Shown here: positions 8,497-17,485 of the stretch, piece by piece | Numbering within the stretch: the first letter of the stretch is position 1 | Layout of the letters: each line of letters begins with the position of its first letter | Source: an uncultured Methanosarcinales archaeon | Lineage (GTDB): Archaea; Nanobdellota; Nanobdellia; Woesearchaeales; SM23-78 | Length of the DNA stretch: 61,427 nucleotides | Reading direction: 5' to 3' | NCBI GenBank assembly: GCA_964354085.1 | Contig: CAYGYA010000065.1 | Span: 1-61,427, forward strand | The notes under the pieces: generated by a model | What the model was told of the DNA's origin: nothing | The model's input: the letters and a program-made list of their open reading frames with translations, nothing else | Databases searched by the model: none | Made by a program: the position numbers and the translations under genes

Positions 8497-8832
8497 ATGG
8501 CATATGTGTTTGGCATTGAGGGAGTTCCTATCTTTGAAATGTTACTAGTGCTATGCGTGCTCCTGTTATTAGGATTGTTCTTTATCCTGCTTGAGCTCAG
8601 GAAACTTACTTCCCTGATTGGCAAGGAAAAAGCTGACTTGAAACGCTTTGAAGACGACCTTGCAGAGCTAGAGAAAGACACAGGCAAGAAGTCCACAGAT
8701 GAAATCGTCCAATATATTAAGGGAGCGGTGGCAAAAGGAATGCCAAGGGCTCAGATAGAGGTTTCCCTTATCCAACGCGGATGGTCTAAGAAGGAAATAG
8801 ATACCATACTTGATCAAGTAGGTGGAAAATAA
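8497..8832 (+). CDS. Small membrane protein (one TM plus charged coiled segment), function unknown
   Basis: ORF with hydrophobic N-terminus LLVLCVLLLLGLFFILL. A T-rich stretch follows the stop. Confidence 0.5.
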   Translation: MAYVFGIEGVPIFEMLLVLCVLLLLGLFFILLELRKLTSLIGKEKADLKRFEDDLAELEKDTGKKSTDEIVQYIKGAVAKGMPRAQIEVSLIQRGWSKKEIDTILDQVGGK

Positions 8833-8899
8833 TTTTTTTGTTTTTTTATTCTTTTATTTAATACAAACCTTTAAAAACTCCATTAATTAAGGCACAACC

Positions 8900-10231
8900 A
8901 TGGGTTTACAAATAATCACGGTGGGTGGCTATTCTGAGATCGGCAGGAATTGCACAGTTGTAAAAGTTGATAACGAAGCTGTAATGCTTGACCTTGGCCT
9001 GCACATGGATAATTATATTGCCTACACGGAGGAGTCTGAGGATGTTGAGAAAAAAGATATGTCGGCAGAGGCAATGATTCATGTCAATGCTGTCCCAAAT
9101 ATTCATTCTATCCAGGACTTATTGGGTAAGATAAAAGCAATCTGCATAAGCCATGCTCATCTTGACCATCTGGGTGCTGTGCCTTTTCTCAGCAACAAGT
9201 TCAAGGCAGATATTCATGGAACAAGGTATACTATTGAAGTTCTCAGCTCAGTTGTTCAAAACGAAAAAATATCCTTGAGAAATAATCTTGTGTCTCATCC
9301 TGTTAATTCCAAGTTCAAGGTTTCTGACAAGATAACTGTGGAATTCGTTAATGTGACTCATTCTGTACCTCAGACGGTAATAATCGCAGTGCACACACCC
9401 TATGGCACGGTTGTTTATGCCAATGATTTCAAGCTTGACAATGCGCCAACACTAGGGGATAAGCCTAATTTCAAAAGATTAGCTGAGCTTGGCCAAAAAG
9501 GAGTTAAGGTGCTGATTGTCGATTCTCTCTATGCAAACACTCCTATGAAGACTCCTAGCGAGAGCATTGCCAAGGAAATGCTTAAAGATGTGTTGCTGGG
9601 TGTGAATTCAAAAGGCAAGGCAGTTATTGTAACAACATTTTCAAGCCATATTGCAAGATTGAAAAGCATTGTTGAGCTTGCAAGGAAGCTTAAGAGAAGG
9701 CCTGTATTCATTGGCAGGTCTCTTGACAAATACATAAGCGCTGCCCAGAGAGCAGGCATAATTGATTTTGAGAAGCAGGCAGAGCACATAAGGTATGGAA
9801 GCAAGGTAAGCAAGTTCTTTAAGAAAGTGAAGCATCCTGAAAAGCAATTGTTCATTGTGACAGGCCACCAAGGCGAACCAAAGGCAATTCTTTCAAGAAT
9901 GGTATTCCAGAACCTGTATCACTTTGAAGAAGAAGACCACGTAATATTCTCGTGCGGAGTAATACCTGTGGAGAATAACATTATTAATAGGGGAAAGCTT
10001 GATAGGGCTCTCAAAGACAAGAAAATCAGGCTGTTCACAGATGTTCACGTATCAGGCCATGCTTATAGGGAGGATTTAAGAGATTTAGTGCACTTGCTCA
10101 AGCCCCAGAATGTAATACCAACCCACGCCCAGGTTAAGAATCTTGAAGCAATGAAAGAGCTGTGCATGGAAATGGGCTACAAATCAGACAAAGTTCACAT
10201 ACTCCGCAATGGGACGCAGGTTAATTTTTAG
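8900..10231 (+). CDS. rnj: Archaeal RNase J-type beta-CASP metallo-beta-lactamase ribonuclease
   Basis: HAHLDHLG (HxHxDH) motif. Size is about 440 aa. N-terminus IITVGGYSEIGRNCTVV and C-terminal VHVSGHA are typical of the family. Confidence 0.8.
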   Translation: MGLQIITVGGYSEIGRNCTVVKVDNEAVMLDLGLHMDNYIAYTEESEDVEKKDMSAEAMIHVNAVPNIHSIQDLLGKIKAICISHAHLDHLGAVPFLSNKFKADIHGTRYTIEVLSSVVQNEKISLRNNLVSHPVNSKFKVSDKITVEFVNVTHSVPQTVIIAVHTPYGTVVYANDFKLDNAPTLGDKPNFKRLAELGQKGVKVLIVDSLYANTPMKTPSESIAKEMLKDVLLGVNSKGKAVIVTTFSSHIARLKSIVELARKLKRRPVFIGRSLDKYISAAQRAGIIDFEKQAEHIRYGSKVSKFFKKVKHPEKQLFIVTGHQGEPKAILSRMVFQNLYHFEEEDHVIFSCGVIPVENNIINRGKLDRALKDKKIRLFTDVHVSGHAYREDLRDLVHLLKPQNVIPTHAQVKNLEAMKELCMEMGYKSDKVHILRNGTQVNF

Positions 10232-10281
10232 CTTATAAGAATAATTCTATTATCTTTTTTCATTATCTTTTTTTCTCTTTA

Positions 10282-11472
10282 TTATCTTTTCAGAATTCTT
10301 ACAATCAAAGGCTTTTTTAGGTAGATTGCTTTGTAAGGGCACATCTCCTGGCAGCAATAGCACCTGATGCATTTTTTATAATCATAAATAGGGGGCTCTT
10401 TTTTATTGACTTTACCATTGCTTTTCTTGAATTGAAGAGCTTTGCCTTCAACAGGGCATTCATCAACGCAGATTCCGCACTTGGTGCACTTTTCAGCAAC
10501 TATAACTGGCTTTGCATAGAGGGCATTCATAACAAACCTGCCAGATGACCTGAATATGCTCGCACCAACAGGAGTCCTGTTTATCTTGAATTTCTTGTTA
10601 ATGAAACTGTTCAAGGGATCTCCTTTATAATCAAGCTCATCTATTTCATAAGCCCCCAAGCCTGAAGCCTTGCCATACTTATTTGTAGGAACAAATGATG
10701 GTTTCAAATTTATCATTCTGCAAAAGGTTGCATCCACGGCAACAAGATCAGTTGAGACAATGATGCAATTCATTTTTACTGGTTCACCACCCCTAGGGCC
10801 GTTGCCTTCCATTGCCATTATTCCATCCATTATGCAAAGCCTTGGCTTGAGAAGATTGTTCAAGTCAACCAGCATCTTGGAAAAAGTTACTGCATTAGGA
10901 TATTTTGCATGAAGAGCAGCCTTATGAAAGCCACGGACACAGCCAAGCTGGTTCTTGACTGCTCCAGTAATCCTGGTTAACCCATGAGTCTTCATTTTCG
11001 GCAAGCTTATAATGCCATCTGCTTCAAGGCAGGCATTGGCAATGTTAAATTTGTCACACACGATTGCCTTTGGGAAATCAACAGCTTTTCCATGCTCAAA
11101 ATCACCGATTTCAAGGCTGTACCTATCGCCAATATCTTTAAGACCTGATTTGGTAAGCGCAACTACAGGCTTTTCAAAACCAGGAGAATCACCATAGAAA
11201 ACACCGATATTTTTTTCAAGTAATATCTTTATCACAGCATTCAGGACTGAAGGATGAGTGCAAACAGCTTCTTCTGGTTTTGCGCCGGCCAAGTTGCTAA
11301 CCTTGAGAAGAATATTTTCTCCTTTTTTAACAAATAAGTCTATTCCGCCAATAAGCTCAATACCTTTCTTTACTGCATTATACACTATCTTTTCATCATA
11401 GCTCTCGCACCTGACGATTGCTACTTTTGTTTTTGCTTTTGTCATGATAACAGTTTTATTTGTTTTAGTCAC
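10282..11472 (-). CDS. DUF362-family protein with C-terminal 2x[4Fe-4S] ferredoxin domain
   Basis: C-terminal CTKCGICVDECP and CIRCYCCQEMCP cluster motifs. The DUF362 assignment of the N-terminal body is from recall only. Confidence 0.6.
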   Translation of the reverse strand: MTKTNKTVIMTKAKTKVAIVRCESYDEKIVYNAVKKGIELIGGIDLFVKKGENILLKVSNLAGAKPEEAVCTHPSVLNAVIKILLEKNIGVFYGDSPGFEKPVVALTKSGLKDIGDRYSLEIGDFEHGKAVDFPKAIVCDKFNIANACLEADGIISLPKMKTHGLTRITGAVKNQLGCVRGFHKAALHAKYPNAVTFSKMLVDLNNLLKPRLCIMDGIMAMEGNGPRGGEPVKMNCIIVSTDLVAVDATFCRMINLKPSFVPTNKYGKASGLGAYEIDELDYKGDPLNSFINKKFKINRTPVGASIFRSSGRFVMNALYAKPVIVAEKCTKCGICVDECPVEGKALQFKKSNGKVNKKEPPIYDYKKCIRCYCCQEMCPYKAIYLKKPLIVRILKR

Positions 11473-11619
11473 GATTCAACACCAACTTAAGATCTCTTTT
11501 ATATACTTTTGGAATTTTTTATTTACCTGTTTCTCACTTTATCTTACCACAAAACTTAAATATTAGTGTTATGTCTCTCTTCTCATAAGGGTTATCATAA
11601 ATAGTATGGGGGTATTATC

Positions 11620-12357
11620 ATGAAGCTCACACTTGCTGATTCAAAATACTTGAAAGAAGGCGTATCAATTATTTCTGACCTGGTGACAGAAGGAGTTTTT
11701 AAGATAACACCTGATAATATTGAGCTTATAGCCATGGACCCTGCTAATGTTGCGATGGTGGTCTTCAGGCTCATGGGAAGCACTTTCACAGAATATGATG
11801 TGAATAAGCCAGAATCTCTTGGCATCAACTTAAACAATCTAAAACAAGTGCTTAGGAGAGCAGGAGCAAATGACAGCATAACCTTAGAAGTTGAGGAGAA
11901 CAAGCTCAAGATAACCCTAAAGGGAACAAGCACAAGAACCTTTCACTTGCCATTAATAGATGTTGAGGAAAAAGAGCAGAAAATGCCTGAGCTCAAATTC
12001 ACAGCAACAATTACAATGGACTCTAATATTCTTAATGAGGCAATAGAGGATGCTGATATCGTAGGAGAGTCTGTGAACTTCATGGCAGAGCCTAAAAGGT
12101 TTATTGTGAGCGCCACAGGAGACCTTAACAAGGCAAACATTGAAATTGATGCTGGTGAAGGAACAAAGATAACAGCAACAGACAAGGTAAAATCAAAATA
12201 CTCAATAGAATATCTAAAGAAGATGATACAAGGCAGCAAGCTCTCCAACAAGGTAAAGCTACAGTTTGCCAAGGATTATCCTCTTGAGCTTGAATACAAG
12301 GAAACCAATAAAGTGCAATTATTGTTTGTCCTTGCGCCAAGAGTGGATAATGACTGA
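11620..12357 (+). CDS. pcn: DNA polymerase sliding clamp (PCNA)
   Basis: 245 aa with the typical archaeal PCNA N-terminus and two-domain length (IELIAMDPANVAMVVF...; ...LEYKE...LLFVLAPRV). Confidence 0.9.
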   Translation: MKLTLADSKYLKEGVSIISDLVTEGVFKITPDNIELIAMDPANVAMVVFRLMGSTFTEYDVNKPESLGINLNNLKQVLRRAGANDSITLEVEENKLKITLKGTSTRTFHLPLIDVEEKEQKMPELKFTATITMDSNILNEAIEDADIVGESVNFMAEPKRFIVSATGDLNKANIEIDAGEGTKITATDKVKSKYSIEYLKKMIQGSKLSNKVKLQFAKDYPLELEYKETNKVQLLFVLAPRVDND

Positions 12358-12381
12358 TTAGAGAGATTATGATGGGATAAA

Positions 12382-12762
12382 ATGAATAAAATAATTTTAT
12401 TTTTCCTGGTTCTGATCTTCATAATAGCCATGGATTTTATTTTTCTGAACCTTTTGATGAAAGGATTTTATGACAAGCAGCTTTCGTCTTTTCCAAGAAC
12501 ATTAAGGCTTTGGTCAGGATTAATAGCTTGGGCGCTAATAGCATTGGGCGCTGTTATTTTTGTCATTCCTTTTGCAAAGAATTATCCTTCAGCAGCAATG
12601 TATGGAGCAATCTTTGGTTTAGTATTATACGGAGTTTATGATTTCTCTAATTATGCGATACTAAAAAATTATACTCTTGCAATGACTTTGGTAGACTGGG
12701 CTTGGGGCACTTTCCTCTGCACCTTGACCTCTATATTTGCTTTCTTCATCAAATCAATTTAG
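12382..12762 (+). CDS. Small polytopic membrane protein (DUF2177-like)
   Basis: Four predicted TM segments and an MKGFYDKQL motif. Family assignment is from recall only. Confidence 0.45.
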   Translation: MNKIILFFLVLIFIIAMDFIFLNLLMKGFYDKQLSSFPRTLRLWSGLIAWALIALGAVIFVIPFAKNYPSAAMYGAIFGLVLYGVYDFSNYAILKNYTLAMTLVDWAWGTFLCTLTSIFAFFIKSI

Positions 12763-12803
12763 ATTGATGGTTAATAGAATTTTTTGCAATTATTGCTCTT
12801 CAT

Positions 12804-13376
12804 TCATTTCTTATCTTTCTTTGACCAGAAGAAAGCCATCACAATCACGATGATGAATGCGGTGAAAGCCATGAGCGGAATGGTGACGTAGCCGAACTCA
12901 GTGAAATAGTCCACAAGGCAGGAAGGGCCTACTGCGGAGGCAGAGCAAACTCCAGAAGAAGTTATATTCGCTAGTTTTGAAATATAATAGTGATAGGCAG
13001 CGATTATTACTCCGATTATTGACATAGGAATAACATAGCGGGAAACGCTTCTGTCTTTTTTCCACAGGGCAATGCCCAGCAGCAAAACCTGAGGGTACAT
13101 GAAAATCCTCTGGAACCAGCAGAGATCACAGGGCTGGTACTTGGCAATCTCAGAAAAGAAAAGGCTTCCTAGCGTTGCAGTCAGGGTGACTATGAATGCT
13201 ATGAGCAGGGCTTTCTTCTTCAAAAACCCAAAAGCCCTTTCAAACTTCTTAACTTTCCCGACTCCTGAAACTAAAAGAATAAGAAACAAGATTATTCCTA
13301 TCTGGCTTGCTACTGTTAATGATGACAAGATTTGGGTTACTATTTGAACTATTGATGACATTTTGATTACTTGCAA
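12804..13376 (-). CDS. DsbB/BdbC-like disulfide bond formation membrane protein
   Basis: Four TM helices. First periplasmic-type loop has YQPCDLCWFQRIFMYP (CxxC followed by QR). A second Cys pair (GVCSASAVGPSC) sits in a later loop. Confidence 0.7.
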   Translation of the reverse strand: MQVIKMSSIVQIVTQILSSLTVASQIGIILFLILLVSGVGKVKKFERAFGFLKKKALLIAFIVTLTATLGSLFFSEIAKYQPCDLCWFQRIFMYPQVLLLGIALWKKDRSVSRYVIPMSIIGVIIAAYHYYISKLANITSSGVCSASAVGPSCLVDYFTEFGYVTIPLMAFTAFIIVIVMAFFWSKKDKK

Positions 13377-13461
13377 AGAACTTCTGTTTGTTTAAAAAGA
13401 TTACTATGCAGATTTGTTCCCGAGCAATAATCCAGCAAAAAACTTATAAATAATATCTTTC

Positions 13462-15000
13462 TTGAACGCGGGTATGATTAAGAACACTTTCAAACAGCAA
13501 GAGCCAGAAGCAAAAAAAATAAAGAGAAGCCTGACTTTCTCTATTATTGACGGCTCTTTCTTTAACATAATGGATGGCTTCACTACGCCGTTCATTGCTC
13601 CCTATGCCTTATTCCTCAAGGCTTCTACAATGGTTATATCCTTGCTTGCCTCTGTTCCTGACCTATTAGCCTCTGTTTTTCAGCTCTCTGCAATAAAGGC
13701 AAACGAGGTTTTCAAGTCAAGGAAATTATTGATTGTCGCAGTAGTCTTATTCCAGGCGTTACTATGGCTTCCGCTTATGCTAATCCCGAAATTATTTGCC
13801 AACGGAGCATCAGGCTCAATGGTTCTTGTTTTCATGGTTTTTATTGCCATGCTAGGCTACTTTGCAAGCCCGCTTTGGAGAGGAATGATGGGAGATTTGG
13901 TTGCAGAGCATGAAAGAGGAAGCTTTTTCAGCAAGAGAAACCAGATAATCGCGGTTGTAGGCTTTATCTCAACTTTTGCTGCAGGAGCAATTCTCCAGCA
14001 CCATTCAGCAACCAATGCGCTGAAAGGCTTCACTGTCCTTTTCATTGTAGCTTTCATAGCAAGAGCGTTATCAGGGCTTTTCATTTTCCTGATGCATGAG
14101 AAAAAGTCATTTTCTGCACAGCCAGCTTTCATGAAAAAAAATACTTTTACTTTGAGAAGTTTTCTCAAGAATCTGAGAAAGACAGATTATGGCAGGTTTG
14201 TGGTTTTTGCATGCTTTTTCAGGATTGCAGTGTCAATAGCCAGCCCTTTCTTTGTGGTTTATGAGCTCAAATACCTGAAGTTTACCTACATGCAATTCAC
14301 AATATTATGCGCTGCAGAAGTGCTTGCCAGCTTTCTGCTCCTCGGAATCTGGGGCAAGATGAATGATAATCAGGGAAGCAAGATGGTAATGCTGATTACA
14401 GGCTTGCTACTCCCAATATTCCCATTTTTATATTTCTTTAGCGGGAACTTCTATGTGCTTTTGATAGCAGCCCTTATGTCAGGGGCTGCCTGGGGCGGAT
14501 TCAACCTTGCAGTGAGCAATTTTATGTATGATGCATCAACCAGGGAAAACAGGATCAAATATGTTGCCTACTTTAACCTGCTCCATGGCATAGCCATCTT
14601 TATAGGCGCAACAACAGGGGGTTTGTTGCTCAAATTCCTTGGTGATAGCGTAAGCTCACTAAGAGTGCTGTTCCTAATATCAGGGCTTGCAAGGCTGGGA
14701 GTTGCTCTGTTCCTCTTTCCAGCATTGAGAGAGATGCGCATAATACAGGTATCATTTGACAAGAGACTCTTCAACTATTCTCTATTCATCAAGCCAAGGC
14801 AGGGATTTGTAGAAGACCCGTTTGACTATTACATGGCATATGAGAAAAAGCCGTCAGGGCCAAGACCGCAACTGAAAATCGACAGGCAGCTGGTTGACGA
14901 TTCCATGTATAGAGACAAATTTGAGGAGGAAGTCAAGGAACACGCCACCTATAAGAATTTCATCGAGGTAATGCTGGATAATGCAAAGAAAAAGAAATGA
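13462..15000 (+). CDS. MFS-type transporter
   Basis: About 12 hydrophobic segments over roughly 500 aa. The annotated start is TTG; ATG at 13474 is the likelier start. Confidence 0.6.
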   Translation: MNAGMIKNTFKQQEPEAKKIKRSLTFSIIDGSFFNIMDGFTTPFIAPYALFLKASTMVISLLASVPDLLASVFQLSAIKANEVFKSRKLLIVAVVLFQALLWLPLMLIPKLFANGASGSMVLVFMVFIAMLGYFASPLWRGMMGDLVAEHERGSFFSKRNQIIAVVGFISTFAAGAILQHHSATNALKGFTVLFIVAFIARALSGLFIFLMHEKKSFSAQPAFMKKNTFTLRSFLKNLRKTDYGRFVVFACFFRIAVSIASPFFVVYELKYLKFTYMQFTILCAAEVLASFLLLGIWGKMNDNQGSKMVMLITGLLLPIFPFLYFFSGNFYVLLIAALMSGAAWGGFNLAVSNFMYDASTRENRIKYVAYFNLLHGIAIFIGATTGGLLLKFLGDSVSSLRVLFLISGLARLGVALFLFPALREMRIIQVSFDKRLFNYSLFIKPRQGFVEDPFDYYMAYEKKPSGPRPQLKIDRQLVDDSMYRDKFEEEVKEHATYKNFIEVMLDNAKKKK

Positions 15001-15050
15001 GAAAAGCTAAAATAATCTTATGTACGCATCATTTAAATATACGGCAAGTG

Positions 15051-15416
15051 TTATTTTGACTTATATCTCGATTTACAATATTGTTCCGCATAATATAATC
15101 CTGTGCCTTCTTTATTTTTATATGTTTTGAATATCGCTAATCTGTTATCTCTCTTATTTACAAACAAAGGCGTTGCTACATGCTTAATTTTTCCATTGAC
15201 ATGAAGATTTACTCCGAAGAAAGCTTCTTTAAGTACAAGTCCATATTTTGATCCGATTTCTTTAAAATCAAAAACATTTATTTCACTAGGCAGATCTGCG
15301 ATTCTTTCTCTCAATACCAATTCCAATCCTCCATACATAGGAATTCTTTCATTCATTCTATGTATGTAATCTTCCGTTCTATCAGCACAAATCTTGTTTG
15401 TCATTGCTATCACCAC
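15051..15416 (-). CDS. Hypothetical protein
   Basis: ORF only; no motif recognised. Confidence 0.35.
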   Translation of the reverse strand: MVIAMTNKICADRTEDYIHRMNERIPMYGGLELVLRERIADLPSEINVFDFKEIGSKYGLVLKEAFFGVNLHVNGKIKHVATPLFVNKRDNRLAIFKTYKNKEGTGLYYAEQYCKSRYKSK

Positions 15417-15470
15417 TATTAAGAAGTACTAATAGGCATATTAAATTTTACCCGTTCATAGCCGGTATAA

Positions 15471-16115
15471 TCACCTTTTCTTTAGAGAAGGTACTAATTT
15501 CGCTTCAGCACGCCTTAAATGTTCCTGAAATGTGGAATAAGAAACCTTCATCAGCTTAGCTAACTTATGAACAGTTATCTTCCTGGGAAAAGAGTAATAT
15601 TCCTCAGCCACAGCCAATTCAAAAGCTTTCTTCTGCTTATCAGACAATCCCGGTAGGAATGAAGTGAATGCTATGTTTCTTAATTTTTCCTGTCTCAGCT
15701 TCAATATCTTGCCTTGATGATACTTCTTTGCAATATCAATAACCGGCTTCAAGTCCTGCTTATCCCAACTCGCCAATTCCCAAATATGATATCCCTCATG
15801 CGAAATAAAATCAGGATTTGGCCTTATGAATCTAGGATTATAGACCTGCTCGAGATGTGCGGGTTGCTTAGCTACACTCACAACAAAATCTCCATTGATT
15901 TCAATATTAGAGAAATTATCGCTTTTCTTAAGATATTCAATAAGCAATTTCTTGTTTTTCTCATCACCCATGATCAACCCGGCTGTCGTCAAATACAAAT
16001 CATTACCTTTCTTATAATATCCTAAAGGATAACCCGTAAGATCCACATTAAACTTATGGGCTAAGCCTCCTAATAAGAAATTTTCACAACTCAACCTTAA
16101 TTTCAACACCCACAT
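15471..16115 (-). CDS. HTH_10 (bacterio-opsin activator-type) DNA-binding protein
   Basis: C-terminal LSDKQKKAFELAVAEEYYSFPRKITVHKLAKLMKVSYSTFQEHLRRAEAKL matches the archaeal HTH_10 pattern. Confidence 0.7.
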   Translation of the reverse strand: MWVLKLRLSCENFLLGGLAHKFNVDLTGYPLGYYKKGNDLYLTTAGLIMGDEKNKKLLIEYLKKSDNFSNIEINGDFVVSVAKQPAHLEQVYNPRFIRPNPDFISHEGYHIWELASWDKQDLKPVIDIAKKYHQGKILKLRQEKLRNIAFTSFLPGLSDKQKKAFELAVAEEYYSFPRKITVHKLAKLMKVSYSTFQEHLRRAEAKLVPSLKKR

Positions 16116-16252
16116 GATGACAAGATAAGAGTCAATGCTAATAAAGTTTTCTAAATACGATCATCCCACTTCTAGTTAAATCCTATGCCTTATCTGCCCT
16201 TTCTAAAAATTTATAAACAGCCCATTTACCCATCTTTTCAAGGTGATTTATT

Positions 16253-16543
16253 ATGGCTAAGGCAAAAATAACTAAGAAGATATCGGAATCAGCAAAAAAA
16301 ACAGTAAGCAAGAAAGCAGTGAAGAAAGAGGCAAAACAGCTTGTTACCAAGAAAATGCTTATAGGAGAGCTTGCTTCTAGATATCCTCAGGCAGTAGAGA
16401 TCATGTTCAAGAATGGAATGCACTGCATTGGCTGCGGCATGACAGCGTACGAGAGCTTAGAGCAAGGCTGCCAGGCTCATGGCATGAGCGAAGAAGAGAT
16501 TGACAAGATGGTTGAGGAGATTAATAAGGTCATCAGTAAATAA
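16253..16543 (+). CDS. DUF1858 / redox-disulfide small protein with Lys-rich N-terminal extension
   Basis: The segment IGELASRYPQAVEIMFKNGMHCIGCGMTAYESLEQGCQAHG is typical of the hybrid-cluster-protein-associated CxxC domain. Confidence 0.65.
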   Translation: MAKAKITKKISESAKKTVSKKAVKKEAKQLVTKKMLIGELASRYPQAVEIMFKNGMHCIGCGMTAYESLEQGCQAHGMSEEEIDKMVEEINKVISK

Positions 16544-16594
16544 AAGATGCCTTAATCTAACATAAGTTTTATAAACAATTCTCTAGTTTATATA

Positions 16595-16840
16595 ATGCGA
16601 GAGTTTAATATGGCAAAGTACAAGATTGAGGTTGTCAGGGAAGAGTGCACTGGCTGCATGGCTTGCAATGCCAGCTGCCCTGAGAGCTTTGAAATGAAGG
16701 ATGATGATTCTGGCATTCCTAAGGCTAAGGTTAAGAAGGCTGATGTTGATGAGCTAGGGTGCGCCATGGATGCTGCCCAGGTCTGCCCTGTAAACTGCAT
16801 TCACATAACAGAAACAGAGACTGGCAATAAGCTGATTTAG
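16595..16840 (+). CDS. Small [4Fe-4S] ferredoxin
   Basis: CTGCMACNASCP ... CPVNC cluster ligands. An alternative start at 16610 (MAKYKIEV) is plausible. Confidence 0.75.
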   Translation: MREFNMAKYKIEVVREECTGCMACNASCPESFEMKDDDSGIPKAKVKKADVDELGCAMDAAQVCPVNCIHITETETGNKLI

Positions 16841-16991
16841 TGGTTTAGAGTCTTTTCAGAGTTGTTTATTCTTTATTTTGGAATATACTATTTCTATATT
16901 ATATTTTTGATTACGAGAATATTTATAAACAAGAGCTCTACACAAGATATGGGGTTTTTAAATACCTAATACGCTACGGGTGGTGTTTTTC

Positions 16992-17474
16992 ATGAAATGC
17001 CCTTTTTGCTCGCATAAGGATACGCAAGTAGTTGAAACCAGAGAAACATGCGAAGACATAACCAGGAGAAGGCGTGAATGCCTGAAGTGCAAGAAGCGCT
17101 TCACAACCTATGAAAAGCTTGAGAACATTAACCTGCGCATTATTAAAAAGGATGGCAATAGGGAGATGTTTGACAGGGAAAAGGTGAGAAAGGGATTTCT
17201 GCGAGCCTGTGAAAAAAGGTCTATAACTATTGAGCAGATTGACAAGGCAGTTGATGAGATTGAAAAAATACTAAGGAACAAGGGCTTGAAAGAAGTCAAG
17301 AGCTCAGTAATAGGAGATTTGGTCATGAAGTACTTGAAAAGGATGGATTCTGTAGCCTACATACGCTTTGCCTCTGTTTACAGGGCTTTCCAAGACATAG
17401 GAGAGTTTGAAAAAGAGGTTAAGCTTCTGAAAAGTCATAATCATAACAATGCAAAATCATCAAAGAGAAAATAA
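16992..17474 (+). CDS. nrdR: NrdR transcriptional repressor (Zn-ribbon plus ATP-cone)
   Basis: MKCPFCSHKDTQVVETRE...CLKCKKRFTTYE zinc ribbon followed by an ATP-cone. The track ORF begins at a GTG at 16980; ATG at 16992 gives the canonical N-terminus. Confidence 0.9.
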   Translation: MKCPFCSHKDTQVVETRETCEDITRRRRECLKCKKRFTTYEKLENINLRIIKKDGNREMFDREKVRKGFLRACEKRSITIEQIDKAVDEIEKILRNKGLKEVKSSVIGDLVMKYLKRMDSVAYIRFASVYRAFQDIGEFEKEVKLLKSHNHNNAKSSKRK

Positions 17475-17485
17475 GAGGTCTTAAT

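Noticed and set aside
16881-16923. Second NrdR box expected about 31 bp upstream of the candidate at 16940-16955
   Set aside because: Only generic AT-rich sequence with poor matches to the consensus was found, so a tandem-box architecture is not claimed.
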